From NCBI GenBank assembly GCA_963718525.1, contig OY970355.1, positions 2,016,001 through 2,080,000 on the forward strand: a stretch of DNA of 64,000 bases, written 5' to 3'. The notes under the pieces were generated by a model. The model was not told where the DNA came from. It saw only the letters and a program-made list of their open reading frames with translations, and made no database searches. A program made the position numbers and the translations under genes. Shown here piece by piece: positions 50,122 to 60,016 of this stretch. Numbering within the stretch: the stretch's first letter is position 1; each line of letters opens with the position of its first letter. The DNA comes from Candidatus Dormiibacterota bacterium. Lineage in GTDB: Bacteria > Chloroflexota > Dormibacteria > Aeolococcales > Aeolococcaceae.

Positions 50122-50769
50122 TTACGGATTCAGGGTGTTTTGGGGCGTCTGGGAGGTGGATCGCGGCTCGGCGCCTGCATCGAACGCCCAAGCGATGAGC
50201 TCACGTTTCGTTCGGACCCCGAGCTTGCCGCAAGCCCGCTCCAAGTGCGTCTCCACAGTGCGTCGGCCGATGAAGAGGCGCTCGCCGATCTGTGTCGCCG
50301 TCAGCCCATGGATTGTCATGTCTACCACCTGGCGCTCTCGGTCGGTGAGGCCCGACGCTTCCAGCGAAGCTGGAGACGGGATCGGCGGGGAAGGGAGTGG
50401 AGCTATGTCTGCGACCGGTGCTGGGGCGGGGATGCGCACGGCGCGGCGTGCGTACGCGCGCGCAACAGCATAGGACCCGACATAACTCGCAGCCTCGACC
50501 ACCGCCAACTCACTCGGCGTGTCACCAACGATCGCTTCCGCTACGCGCGTGAGCACCGCGAGAGCCAGGATGGCAACTGACCAACGCTTGTCGAGATAGA
50601 AGCACGCGATCAGAACTGGCACGATCACTATGACCCCGGTCGGCATGTCCTCTGGTAGAGGCAGCTCGACGAGAAAGAGGAGACCGATTGCGGCCACCAG
50701 TAGGACAACCAGCACCGGCTTCCTGCGGCCGCTCGCCCTATCGCGAGGGGTAGGAATGAACGCGCGCAT
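50122..50769 (-). CDS. Membrane-anchored LuxR-type HTH regulator
   Basis: About 4 hydrophobic segments, Pro linker and LTDRERQV...LFIGRRTVETHL. Confidence 0.85.
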   Translation of the reverse strand: MRAFIPTPRDRASGRRKPVLVVLLVAAIGLLFLVELPLPEDMPTGVIVIVPVLIACFYLDKRWSVAILALAVLTRVAEAIVGDTPSELAVVEAASYVGSYAVARAYARRAVRIPAPAPVADIAPLPSPPIPSPASLEASGLTDRERQVVDMTIHGLTATQIGERLFIGRRTVETHLERACGKLGVRTKRELIAWAFDAGAEPRSTSQTPQNTLNP

Positions 50770-51049
50770 GACGCACTCCAGATTATTCGAAGGCGACAAG
50801 ACGACCGCTTCCGGCCACCGGGCCGTCGATTTGCGACGACGAGCCGAGCAGGTTTGCGGCCGACGAACCAAGTCTTGAACCGGCTACGAACTGGCCAGCG
50901 GCCTCGGCATCACCATCCGACCGCTGCTCCCGGACGGGGCAAAATGGAGGTCGGGAACGTTGGGGGCCGCGGGACACCGAAGCGGCGGTCGCCGATTGGA
51001 GCGATGCACGAGGCTCGACCTCAAGTGTGAAGGCTAGCGGGCGGAGAGG

Positions 51050-51075
51050 TGGACCTGCCCCCGTTTGGGGGACAC
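51050..51075. mobile_element. Possible isolated IS3-family terminal repeat
   Basis: TGGACCTGCCCCCGTTTGGGGGACAC resembles IS3-family ends; no partner end or intact transposase found. Confidence 0.4.
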
Positions 51076-51230
51076 GACCGGTGGAGGGTTTACAACGTCC
51101 GTGAGCTACTTGACGCGGTGCCCTGTCAGTGGGTGGGTGAGCACGGTGGACTGTCGGCGCGAAGGAGCCGAGTGATCGAAGTTCAGATGGCTATAGCGAG
51201 TCAGAGTGTCCTCTGCTCAAAGCGCGAACC

Positions 51231-51460
51231 GTGGGTCGTCCCGTGACCGCCAGTGACGATGCGTTCACGCGCAAGGACGGCTCCATCCTGCCGGTTGCGT
51301 ACTCGGCGTCTCCGCTGGTGTATGCCGGCGCTGTCGATGGTGTCGTGGTTGTGTTTCGCGACATTACCGAAGAGAAATCGGAGTTGCAGCGCGCGCACGG
51401 CGAGCTCGCGGCGCTGGGGCGGGGCGGTTGCGTGATGCGCTCGACGAAGGGCGGATCGTC
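51231..51460 (+). pseudogene. PAS/PAC fragment leading into the start of an EAL-like domain
   Basis: FTRKDGSILPVAYSASPL...VVVFRDITE, then RDALDEGR in a shifted frame. Confidence 0.7.
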
Positions 51461-51560
51461 CTCGGACATTCGACGGTCGCGATCACCCTCGACACCCACA
51501 GTCACGTGCTGCCAACCATGCATCGGGAAGCGGCACAGGTTATGGACGACTTTTGGGCTC
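51461..51560 (+). mobile_element. Tyrosine integrase C-terminal remnant
   Basis: LGHSTVAITLDTHSHVLPTMHREAA; catalytic Tyr position reads His. Confidence 0.75.
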
Positions 51561-51813
51561 CAGACCCTCTCGCAACGGCAGCTAAGCGGGGCCTTGCCGG
51601 TCCTGGATACTCAAGGCCACGCGACCGAAGCCGTTGAGACACCGCCACCGCTATTGGTTGGGGCAGTGCTTCGTCTCGTTCTTCCCCTGCGCGCCTCTCG
51701 CACGCCATCCTCGCCAGATCGTCTAGGGGCCCTTCTCGGGCGACAACGCCGCGATATACCAAGTCAAAGTGGTGGACCAACCAACTAGGAAAGGAAATAG
51801 CAGAGACGCAACG

Positions 51814-51838
51814 AAAAGGCGGCACGCAATGCGCCGCC
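51814..51838 (-). terminator. Intrinsic terminator of the sipW operon
   Basis: GGCGGCGC...GTGCCGCC hairpin followed by TTTT on the minus strand, about 22 nt after the stop. Confidence 0.7.
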
Positions 51839-51860
51839 CTCCGTTGTTCCTGCGAGCTTA

Positions 51861-53249
51861 CTAGCTGCTCAGCAACTCGACCGCCCACTCATCGCCCGTA
51901 GCCACGGGACCACCCGTTGCACCAGGCCATGTGCTGACACCCTTGTTGGTGTCGTAGATGCCATCGCGGAGGCCCACGAACGAGCCCGACCGCGAGGTCA
52001 TGCCGGTGAGCGTCATCGCGTCCACATTGGCGCTCGCGCTACCGAACAGACCGATCACCCACGACGAACCCGACGTGTTGGTCAGCGTGAGTGCCGGACA
52101 CGCCAGCGCCACGCTGCCGGGATCCCCGGCGTAGCCCAACTCGGGCGCAATACCAGCGACGCCACGGTAGACGGCGACCGCAAGGCTGGCACCCTGGTTG
52201 GCAGGAACAGTGATGCTCCCGTCGCCAGATCCCAGGACCTTGTAACCGATCTTCGACTTGCCGTAGTTGCCGAACGCGCCTCCGATGGCGGTATACCCGG
52301 GTGCCTGTGCCGCACCCGTGCCGACGTTGATCACCAGGGCTGTGTCACCAACGTGCCAGCCAGAGGGCAAGGACAGCGTGGTGGACGAAATCACCTGATG
52401 GACGTTGGAGCTTCCTGGTGTCACGCTGCCGGTGGCTGACGACGTGTTCGTCAGGCCGGTGAAGGCGTTGTACGGGCTGCTCTGGACGCCTGTGTAGGTG
52501 ACCGTGGCCGTGCCGCCGCTCGCCAAGACGGTGAACGAACCACTGGTGGGCCATGTCGAGAGGCTTGCGCTCGCCGGGAAGGTGTTGTTACCGCACCACT
52601 GCGCGGTATTGGCGCTCACCCACGGGTAGTAGCCCGCTGCCGGTGATCCTGCGGGACAGGCGATCGAACTCGCTGTCTTGGCCGTGCCGCCAGCCACCAA
52701 CGTGTCGGCGCTCCCGACGAAGCTGATGGCGGATACGGGTGCCTCACCGCACGTTGCGTGGTAAGACACGGAACCCGAAGTTCCAAGGTCGGCGTTGATC
52801 AGCGTTGCCCACGAGAACCCGACGTTCGTGTAGGTCTGCGCTGCGCCGCTTGCGAGCAGGACCGAAGCAGGGGCGGTGTTCCCCGCGTTCGACGGCGTTC
52901 CTGCCGTGTACCCGATGCGTCCGACCGGCTCCCATACGATGGTGCCACTGGTCGTCACGTTCCACGACACGAATGTCGGGATCGTCCCCGAATTGTGGAT
53001 CGTGAAGTTCGAGTACGGGAAGCTGCTGCTCGCTGAACTCAGGATGGGTCCCTGCGTCACGGTCACCGAATGGCCATCAGGACTGATGACCGCATTCGGA
53101 TCGGTGGATGTCAGGGTGCAGGCGAAGGTGCCGACGTGCTGGGTCTCAGTCGCGGTGCCACTGTCAGAGTACGAAGCTCCAACTCCTGCACCGATCAGAG
53201 CCAGCGCGCCCAGCGCACTCAGCCCGACACCCCATCTACGAAGGTTCAT
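51861..53249 (-). CDS. SipW-cognate (TasA/CalY-like) secreted protein with C-terminal extension
   Basis: Signal ends GVGA-SYSDS...VGTF; HNSGTIP and NADLG shared with the neighbour. Confidence 0.8.
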   Translation of the reverse strand: MNLRRWGVGLSALGALALIGAGVGASYSDSGTATETQHVGTFACTLTSTDPNAVISPDGHSVTVTQGPILSSASSSFPYSNFTIHNSGTIPTFVSWNVTTSGTIVWEPVGRIGYTAGTPSNAGNTAPASVLLASGAAQTYTNVGFSWATLINADLGTSGSVSYHATCGEAPVSAISFVGSADTLVAGGTAKTASSIACPAGSPAAGYYPWVSANTAQWCGNNTFPASASLSTWPTSGSFTVLASGGTATVTYTGVQSSPYNAFTGLTNTSSATGSVTPGSSNVHQVISSTTLSLPSGWHVGDTALVINVGTGAAQAPGYTAIGGAFGNYGKSKIGYKVLGSGDGSITVPANQGASLAVAVYRGVAGIAPELGYAGDPGSVALACPALTLTNTSGSSWVIGLFGSASANVDAMTLTGMTSRSGSFVGLRDGIYDTNKGVSTWPGATGGPVATGDEWAVELLSS

Positions 53250-53269
53250 GATCGTGAATCCTTCGTCGA

Positions 53270-53734
53270 TCAGCCAACGGCACTGATCGTGTAAACCACC
53301 GTGGCGCTCGCACCAAGATCAGCATTGCTCAGCACTGGCCACGACAGACCCACGCTGACGTTCGCCGAGGTCGCACTACCGTTGACCACGAAGGCCGTAG
53401 GCCCAGCGATCGCGGTGAAGTTGCTGTCGCCACTCACGGCACCCGCTGTGACCGTGATGGTTGCCGGGATTGTCCCGGTGTTGGTGACCGTGAACACCAT
53501 GGGCGCACTGCCAGCCGCCGACGATTGCAGCGCCGGGATGGTGAGCGCGATGTGATGGCTGTCGATGACGGTCATGCCCGCCGTGACGGGGTTCAACTGA
53601 ATCCCGAAGGTGCCAACGCTGATGTTCTCGGTCGCGGTTGCCGAATCAGTGAACGAGGCGCCGACGCCAACGCCGACGAGTGTGAGTGCGGCGCCGCCCA
53701 TAGCAAGCGTCACCGCTGCCTTACGAAGGTTCAT
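53270..53734 (-). CDS. SipW-cognate (TasA/CalY-like) small subunit
   Basis: Signal ends GVGA-SFTDS...VGTF; VTNTGTIP and NADLG. Confidence 0.82.
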   Translation of the reverse strand: MNLRKAAVTLAMGGAALTLVGVGVGASFTDSATATENISVGTFGIQLNPVTAGMTVIDSHHIALTIPALQSSAAGSAPMVFTVTNTGTIPATITVTAGAVSGDSNFTAIAGPTAFVVNGSATSANVSVGLSWPVLSNADLGASATVVYTISAVG

Positions 53735-53814
53735 GGTTCCCCCGATGCCGCCTGAAGCGGCTGTTGTTGTTGACCGGCCTTATGCCGGGTTGCGTGAAAC
53801 GGCCAGATGACGAT

Positions 53815-54351
53815 TCAAACGGCACCCCCTCCCTGTATCGCCGGATTCGGCTGTTTGCTGGCCGGCCTGCGCCGGAGGTCTTGCAGGGTTGCAATGCCCA
53901 AGAGCACACCTGCGGCGATGAGCACCAGAGGAATCCACCAGCGCCCGAGCGCGGCTGTCCACCCGAGAAGGGGGACGACGGCGACCATGCGGTAGGCGGT
54001 TGTGCCCTTCAGCACAACCTTTCCCCACGGGTCGGCGATCCGATTCGCGTCGCCCTTGGTTGTGATGGTGGTCTTGTCGCCGGCACGCGCCAGCACGACG
54101 ATGCGGTGCATCTTCGCGACCGACGTGTCCCCTGGCGGATAGAAGGTGACGACGTCGCCGACCTTGAGACTCGATGTCGGCACTTGCCAGAGGACAGCTA
54201 GGTCGCCGGTGGGTGCCGTCGGCGCCATCGAACCCGAGAGCACGGGCATCAGGCTCAGGTGACCGGTGCGGACCGTGATGCCCAGCCCAACCAGGGCGAG
54301 GATAAGGATGGTTCCGATGGCCGTGATCGACTTCCTGATGCGACCATGCAT
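53815..54351 (-). CDS. sipW: Signal peptidase I, SipW/ER type
   Basis: VLSGSMAP, VGDVVTF, HRI and TKGDAN...DP; N- and C-terminal TM segments. Confidence 0.9.
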   Translation of the reverse strand: MHGRIRKSITAIGTILILALVGLGITVRTGHLSLMPVLSGSMAPTAPTGDLAVLWQVPTSSLKVGDVVTFYPPGDTSVAKMHRIVVLARAGDKTTITTKGDANRIADPWGKVVLKGTTAYRMVAVVPLLGWTAALGRWWIPLVLIAAGVLLGIATLQDLRRRPASKQPNPAIQGGGAV

Positions 54352-55196
54352 TGATCAAGGCCCCCCTTGCGATCGGTCCGTTTGCGTTGTACGGTGAGCT
54401 TGCCAATTGACCGGACGGCGCAAACAGAGCAGGAAGGCCCTTCTTCGGGGGCCAAAGGTCATCACGCGACCGCTACCAACCCGTGACCAGTTCGCGAGAA
54501 CGCCATTGGCGCGTCACGGACGCTCTACCCGTGGTGGCCCGGAACTTCAGGGTCCCATGTGACCCACCGGCTCCTAAGCCGGAGGGTCATGCGTTATCTC
54601 GGCCAGCGCTTCCGCGATGCCAGAGGCGGTGATCAGGAACACGACGTCGGGTTCGTCTACCGATTCACCTGGTATCGGAGCTTTGAATCTTGCGTGTGAC
54701 GAACATCAGGGACGCCATCGCTAGACCGCGGAAGCCCTGAGGCGATGGCCCTCGATGACCCCAGCGCGCAATCAACACACCTGAGCCGATCTTGGATTGG
54801 GCGTCTCCGGGTGGCGCGGTTGTCTATGTGGTCGTGGCCAACATCCATCGCCGAGCATTCGACCGCTACTCGGTAGCCGTCACGCCTCAAGGCGGCTGAC
54901 GGGTTGGCAGGGCTCGGTCATCCGGACATCACGGCCGCCGAACGGCACGCGCATATCACCGCCGAGTCCGGCAACCCTGCCACCAAGGGGCCATCTCGAT
55001 CTCCTAGACCGAAAGCAGGGCTGCAGCATCGACTGCCGGCGTCGCGAGGAACTGGCTCGAATACAGGTCGTGACATACGCGAATGAACGCGACGGCCCGT
55101 GGTGTTACGCAACCGTGACGTAGTGATTGCACAGAGGGCATCCTCGGCACACTGGTCGAGGAAGGCCCTCTATCGAGGCGCCCGTTTACGGAGGCT

Positions 55197-56816
55197 TTGG
55201 TGGCCGTGCAGAGCCGGGTGATGCAGCAGAGTGCTCGTCTCGGCTTGGTCGTCTTCGCCTCGGCGTCCGCCATCGGCTTCGGTGCAGCGATTGTCGCTGC
55301 GCCCTACGCTCGTCCCGACCTGACAATGGCCGGAGCGATCGTCGCCGCGATCACCGTCGCGATGGCGCTCCCGGTGTTGCGTCGTCCGCATCGGGTGCCC
55401 CTCGCTGTCGTGGTCGTCCTGTACTACACGGCTCTGACACTTGTCCTCCTCGGGGAATCCGGGCAGAACGAAGGCCTGCTCGTCCTGACCGCCATCCCGG
55501 TCATCGCAAGTGCGCTCTACGGACCGCGTAGCCTCACCGCGGTCGCGCTGGTCGCTGCCAGTGCCACACTCGTGTTCGACGGCCTCAACAGCGCCCTTAG
55601 TGTTCCGGATTATGCCCAACTCCTTGTCGTCTGGCCGGTGACCGGAATGGGTGTTGCCTACGCAGTGCAGCAACTGCGATCACGGCTGGAACAGACGATT
55701 GTGGCGCGCGAGACGGCCATCGAGCATGATGCGACCTTGGCCTTGATCGCCGACGAGTTGTATTCGATGTATGACGGCGATCAGGTTCTCAACCTTGGAC
55801 TGCAGAGCGCGGCTCGTCTCACGGATGTCCCCGGGAGGCCGCCATCGAGCGCAGTGTTCTTTCTGGTGGAGGGTGATCGCGCGACACTCGTCGCCTCGTA
55901 CTCGCCCGACGAGAGCGCCGGCAGCGAGCGCGACCCGCGCATTGGGCGTCTCTCGGTTCCGCTTGCGCTGACACGCAAGCTGCGTGTGGCCGTGGCCAAT
56001 CATGAGGACCGGTTGTTCGTGCTCAGCCAGAGGACGCCGGTACCGCCCGGGATCGCTGCGGTGCTCGCCGAGCTTAAGATCGAAAACGCCATCGTGCAGC
56101 TGCTGAGGGTGGGCGATGCTGCCAGCGGACTTCTGGCGGTCTTCAACACCGACCCGGCGGCTACCGAATATGACCTCGCGCAGCGTGACTGGCTCCAGGG
56201 CTTGGCGCCGTTGCTCGAACTTGCCCTGTCGAGAGCCTTTGTCTTTGAGGCTCAAACAACCACCGACCCCCTAACCGGGATCGCCAATCGCCGCGAGGTC
56301 GACCTCCGCCTCGAGCGAATGCCACGGACCGCGACCTACTCGTTGCTCGCGGTCGACATTGACAAACTCAAGTCCATGAATGATACCTATGGCCATCAGG
56401 CCGGTGACGAACTTATCCGACTGGTCGCAGATGCACTCAAGCGTGCGGTCCGACGCGGCGATGTCGCGGCGCGGGTCGGCGGCGACGAGTTCTGCGTCAT
56501 CATCGCGGACGCGGACGGCCAGCGCGCTGAGGTCGTCGCCAACCGAATCCTGGCTGACCTCGGGGAGCGGACCGTTCGTGGCGAGCGGCCGCGCATCAGC
56601 ATCGGCATCGCGCCCTTTGCTAGTGGACGTGACGCCGGAGCGCGACGAGTGGCCGCAGACCTGGCTCTGTACCAGGCGAAACGTGCTGGCGGCAATCGTG
56701 TTGCTCATGCCTCGATTACCGACGCTGTCGGCGATGACGAGCCGGACCAAGGTCCCGTAGACCCGACACCATCCCGCTCGTCGGCACAGGTTCCAGAAGG
56801 CTCAGTTCTCGTGTGA
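55197..56816 (+). CDS. Membrane diguanylate cyclase (TM, GAF-like and GGDEF domains)
   Basis: TDPLTGIANRR, DIDKLKSMND, RxxD I-site and RVGGDEF. Confidence 0.92.
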   Translation: MVAVQSRVMQQSARLGLVVFASASAIGFGAAIVAAPYARPDLTMAGAIVAAITVAMALPVLRRPHRVPLAVVVVLYYTALTLVLLGESGQNEGLLVLTAIPVIASALYGPRSLTAVALVAASATLVFDGLNSALSVPDYAQLLVVWPVTGMGVAYAVQQLRSRLEQTIVARETAIEHDATLALIADELYSMYDGDQVLNLGLQSAARLTDVPGRPPSSAVFFLVEGDRATLVASYSPDESAGSERDPRIGRLSVPLALTRKLRVAVANHEDRLFVLSQRTPVPPGIAAVLAELKIENAIVQLLRVGDAASGLLAVFNTDPAATEYDLAQRDWLQGLAPLLELALSRAFVFEAQTTTDPLTGIANRREVDLRLERMPRTATYSLLAVDIDKLKSMNDTYGHQAGDELIRLVADALKRAVRRGDVAARVGGDEFCVIIADADGQRAEVVANRILADLGERTVRGERPRISIGIAPFASGRDAGARRVAADLALYQAKRAGGNRVAHASITDAVGDDEPDQGPVDPTPSRSSAQVPEGSVLV

Positions 56817-57317
56817 TCAGGCCCCCGCCCTCGGCGCTTGACGATTTGAGTTTCAGGTCCTACAAGCGGCCCTGTTCCAATCGCAAGAATCGTTCGGCCG
56901 GTTCATCAGTTGCGCCGAGGCCCGGCGTTCTTTGGTACTGGCCGCCATTGACGGCGAGCTCGCGACCCTGGCAGCTGCAGCGACGCATTCCGCAGTCGTG
57001 GAGCGCATAGTCGACCAGTTGCAGACTGCCGCGCACGCGCACCCGTGTTGCGACGACGACTGAGCATCTCAGCAGGCACCGGTCGGGAGTGATGGCGGGC
57101 TAACGGCAACGACAGCTCTTGGGCGACGGTCTGGATGAACGCGGACGCTCTCCGATGCCGGCACGAAAGCGGCCTTTCAATGGCGATCAGATCCGAATCA
57201 GGACCTTTGACACTGGGGACGTCGCTTCGTTTGGCGACCTTTGACCCTAGGCGATCGGAGCACCCGACGCGGACCATCTGGGGTATGGAGAAACCACCGA
57301 CCGGAGGTGCGGATCCG

Positions 57318-57689
57318 ATGAGCGACGATCTCTTTGGCCTGGCCGAAGTTCACGGTTGTCGCAGTTACACGAGGCGGACGATCGCTTCCCTCCGTGACGC
57401 GGGACGAATCCCGGACGCCGGGCCTGTGGCGGCACTCGCCGACGACTTGCTGGCGCTGGCGTCGCTTCTCGACCGCGCGTACACCGGCCCAACACCTGCG
57501 TGGCACGGAGCGCGCACAAACATCCAGGCGACCACGCTTGTACAGCGCGCATACGACGCGATCAGCGGCGAGTTGAGGGGCCTCGATACCTACGACTGGA
57601 GAAATGATTCCGAGGTAACCGCATTGCTAGGCTACCTTCGCTCGCGCGACGGGGTGCCAACGGCATCGGCCAGAACCTCGGACCGCTGA
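57318..57689 (+). CDS. Hypothetical protein
   Basis: GGAGG RBS; 123-aa ORF with no recognised motif. Confidence 0.55.
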   Translation: MSDDLFGLAEVHGCRSYTRRTIASLRDAGRIPDAGPVAALADDLLALASLLDRAYTGPTPAWHGARTNIQATTLVQRAYDAISGELRGLDTYDWRNDSEVTALLGYLRSRDGVPTASARTSDR

Positions 57690-58172
57690 TCTCCTCGGAA
57701 GGCGATCGGCTGTCCGCCGCACCATCCGATAAGAGAGCAGAGCCACCCGCACCCGGCAACCCAGCGCGTGACAGGTGTTGCCGGCCCCCGCTATTAACCT
57801 TCTAGTGGATGACTAGGTCGAGCGAGACGGCTAACCGAAGGACTCAGAATCGACAACCCTGGCCGACCGAGCTCTATCGGTAACTTTCGGCACACTCGCC
57901 CACCCGAGCGTACACCGTTGTTGCTTGAGTGCAAGGCCACCACCGGCACTACTTTACGCCGAGCCGGAGACGGTCCCGCGTTTGTCTGTATCAATTGTGA
58001 CTTTCGGCTCTCGACGTACACGTCCAGTGGCGAGATGATCGAAACCGCAGGCCGAGCATGGCCGATCTCTCCTGGGCGAACTCCACGGCCCCCTCCGCGT
58101 CCGCTTGGAACCGTGCTCGGTCTTCCCTGCTAGCGCAGCTTGCCAAGGAGATCGTTCGGCGGGCCGTCTAGG

Positions 58173-59174
58173 TGTGCAACTGACGGTGGCCGATTACACA
58201 AGGGCCCCGGTCTTTTGGCGTAGTCGCTCGTAGGGAGTTTGGCCGCCCAAGCCTCCATGCGGGCGGTCGAAATTGTAGAAGTCCTCCCACTCCTGGAGCT
58301 TGGTGGTGAAGAGCCGGGCGTCGTCGAGCACCACGCCATCGAGGAGCCGGTAGAACTCGTCGGCGTCGATCCGGTGTGACCGCTCCACCTTGCCGTTGAG
58401 CCGGGGCGTGGCCGGCTTGATGTACAGGTGCTGGACGCCACGGTCGAGGACGTTGCCAGTGGAAGGCGGACTGGAACTCCGCGCCGTTGTCGGTCTGGAT
58501 CACCTCGACCCGGAAGGGCAGCTTCTCGAACACGTAGTCGATGAACTGGATCGCGGTCTTCTGGTTGAGGTGGTCGTAGACGCGCAGCACGCGGAGCCGG
58601 GTGCAGTCGTCGATGGCGGTGAACTGGTAGTGCTTCCTGCGCGTGCCCCCGATCGGCGCCACGAACTTCACGTCGACCTGGACGCGATGCCCGGGCTGAG
58701 GCTTCTCGTAGCGCTTCCAGCGCTCCTTGTGGCGCTTGTAGCGCTGCGACGCCGGCAGACGGCTCATGTCGAGGCGCTTGAGGATCCGCCAGATGCCGGA
58801 GGGGCTGACCTTGATCTCGTGGTACCGCTCGAAGTACATGGCGATCTTGTGCGGCCCGAAGTGGTAGTTCTGGCGCAGGTAGATGATCTTGCCGACGACC
58901 TCCTCCCGAGTGGTTTTGGGGCTCACATGCGGCCGTGAGGAGCGATCCCGAAGGCCCTCGACCCCGAACTCCTCATAGCGCCGGAACCAGACGTAGTAGC
59001 ACTGCCGGGTGATCCCGTAGTAGCGGCATGTCAGAGCGACATTGCCGGTGACTTCCTGGACGTGGCGAATGATCGTAAGGCGTCGAGCAGCTCCCCTGGC
59101 CAGTTCTCTCTCGGTCACGGGTGCCTCCTCGTGAATTGGAGGCCCAAGTGTCAACAGACTCCGTCAGTTTTATA
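58173..59174 (-). mobile_element. IS481-family insertion sequence
   Basis: Imperfect terminal IRs TGTGCAACTGACGG and TATAAAACTGACGG enclosing a DDE transposase; no clear target duplication. Confidence 0.88.
58194..59118 (-). pseudogene. IS481 transposase with a +1 frameshift near 58454
   Basis: VQVDVK, AIDDCTR and TDNGAEF, then NGKVERSH in another frame. Confidence 0.85.
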
Positions 59175-59437
59175 TCGATGACGGCGCGCTGGCGATCGTC
59201 GCCATCCTCGCCATCTTCGGAGTCGCGCTCTTCGCGGCTCATTATGGCGATGGCCACTCGATCGGCGGCGCACTGCTGATTGTCGGCGTCCTCCTTGCGG
59301 TGTGGGCGGGGTTACACGACGCCTCCAAGTCCAGCCGCAAAGCTCCCTCGACCTCTGCCTCGTCACCCCTCGTTGCGGCATCGTCGTCGACGCCTGTCAA
59401 CGACGGGGCGCTGGTGGCGCCCGCAGCCGATCACTGA
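59174..59437 (+). pseudogene. 5'-truncated small membrane protein abutting the IS end
   Basis: IDDGALAIVAILAIFGV...GGALLIVGVLLAVW reads from the IS boundary with no start codon. Confidence 0.55.
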
Positions 59438-59542
59438 CCACCGCGCGCCCGGCGCCACGACGCTCCAGGCTGTGAGGCTTGTCGCAATCCCTCCTGCGCA
59501 TACAGACCCCCAAGCGCCGCACCACGAGAGGACAATGTACCC

Positions 59543-60016
59543 GTGGCAGATCGCGTACCCGATACGAAACCCCGACACACCTTCAACGTGGAGCCGATCC
59601 GCGACGCGAATGTCGTTGCGACGATCGACTTCCACCGGACGCTGATCTACCCGCTCGGCGAAGCCGGAGCTGAGACCCCAGAGCGCATCGAGGACGTGGA
59701 CGCACGGGGCCACGTCCACGAGATCGCCCACAAGGCCGGCAATCCCAGGGGGTCGTATGAGGCCGGGAATCCTGACTACTGGCGGGAGATCAGCGAGGCC
59801 CTTGCCCCAGCCCGGGCGATCCTTTTACTTGGCCACGGAAATGGGAAGGCAAACGCCTCTCACCAATGGGTCGCCTGGGCGGAGCGGCATCGCAAGGACG
59901 TGGCGGCAAAGGTCATCGCCGACGTTCGCGCGGATATCGATGACCTCACCCCCCACCAGGTCGTCGAACTTGCACGTCACTACTTCGAGATCCATCGACT
60001 CTGGAGCGGGGGCTGA
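59543..60016 (+). CDS. Conserved hypothetical protein (eRF1/host-attachment-like fold suspected)
   Basis: HKAG...YWREISEAL...ILLLGHGNGK...LARHYF pattern. Confidence 0.7.
   Translation: MADRVPDTKPRHTFNVEPIRDANVVATIDFHRTLIYPLGEAGAETPERIEDVDARGHVHEIAHKAGNPRGSYEAGNPDYWREISEALAPARAILLLGHGNGKANASHQWVAWAERHRKDVAAKVIADVRADIDDLTPHQVVELARHYFEIHRLWSGG

Noticed and set aside
51040-51053. GGCGGAGAGG match to the tRNA-Ser(CGA) 3' end as an att site
   Set aside because: Only about 10 nt, and on the wrong side of that tRNA for an integration duplicate.
54352-54570. c-di-GMP riboswitch upstream of sipW
   Set aside because: Hairpins exist, but the GEMM core (GGCAAAC...GAAA...GACGCAAAGC) could not be matched; Infernal would be needed.
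54567-54600. tRNA-Arg(CCT)-like anticodon hairpin CCGGCTCCTAAGCCGG
   Set aside because: No T-loop GTTCRA, D arm or acceptor stem; at most a relic.
57918-58133. Small ORF with a CxxC (FVCINCDF)
   Set aside because: Only one Cys pair, weak start and no RBS; not supportable.
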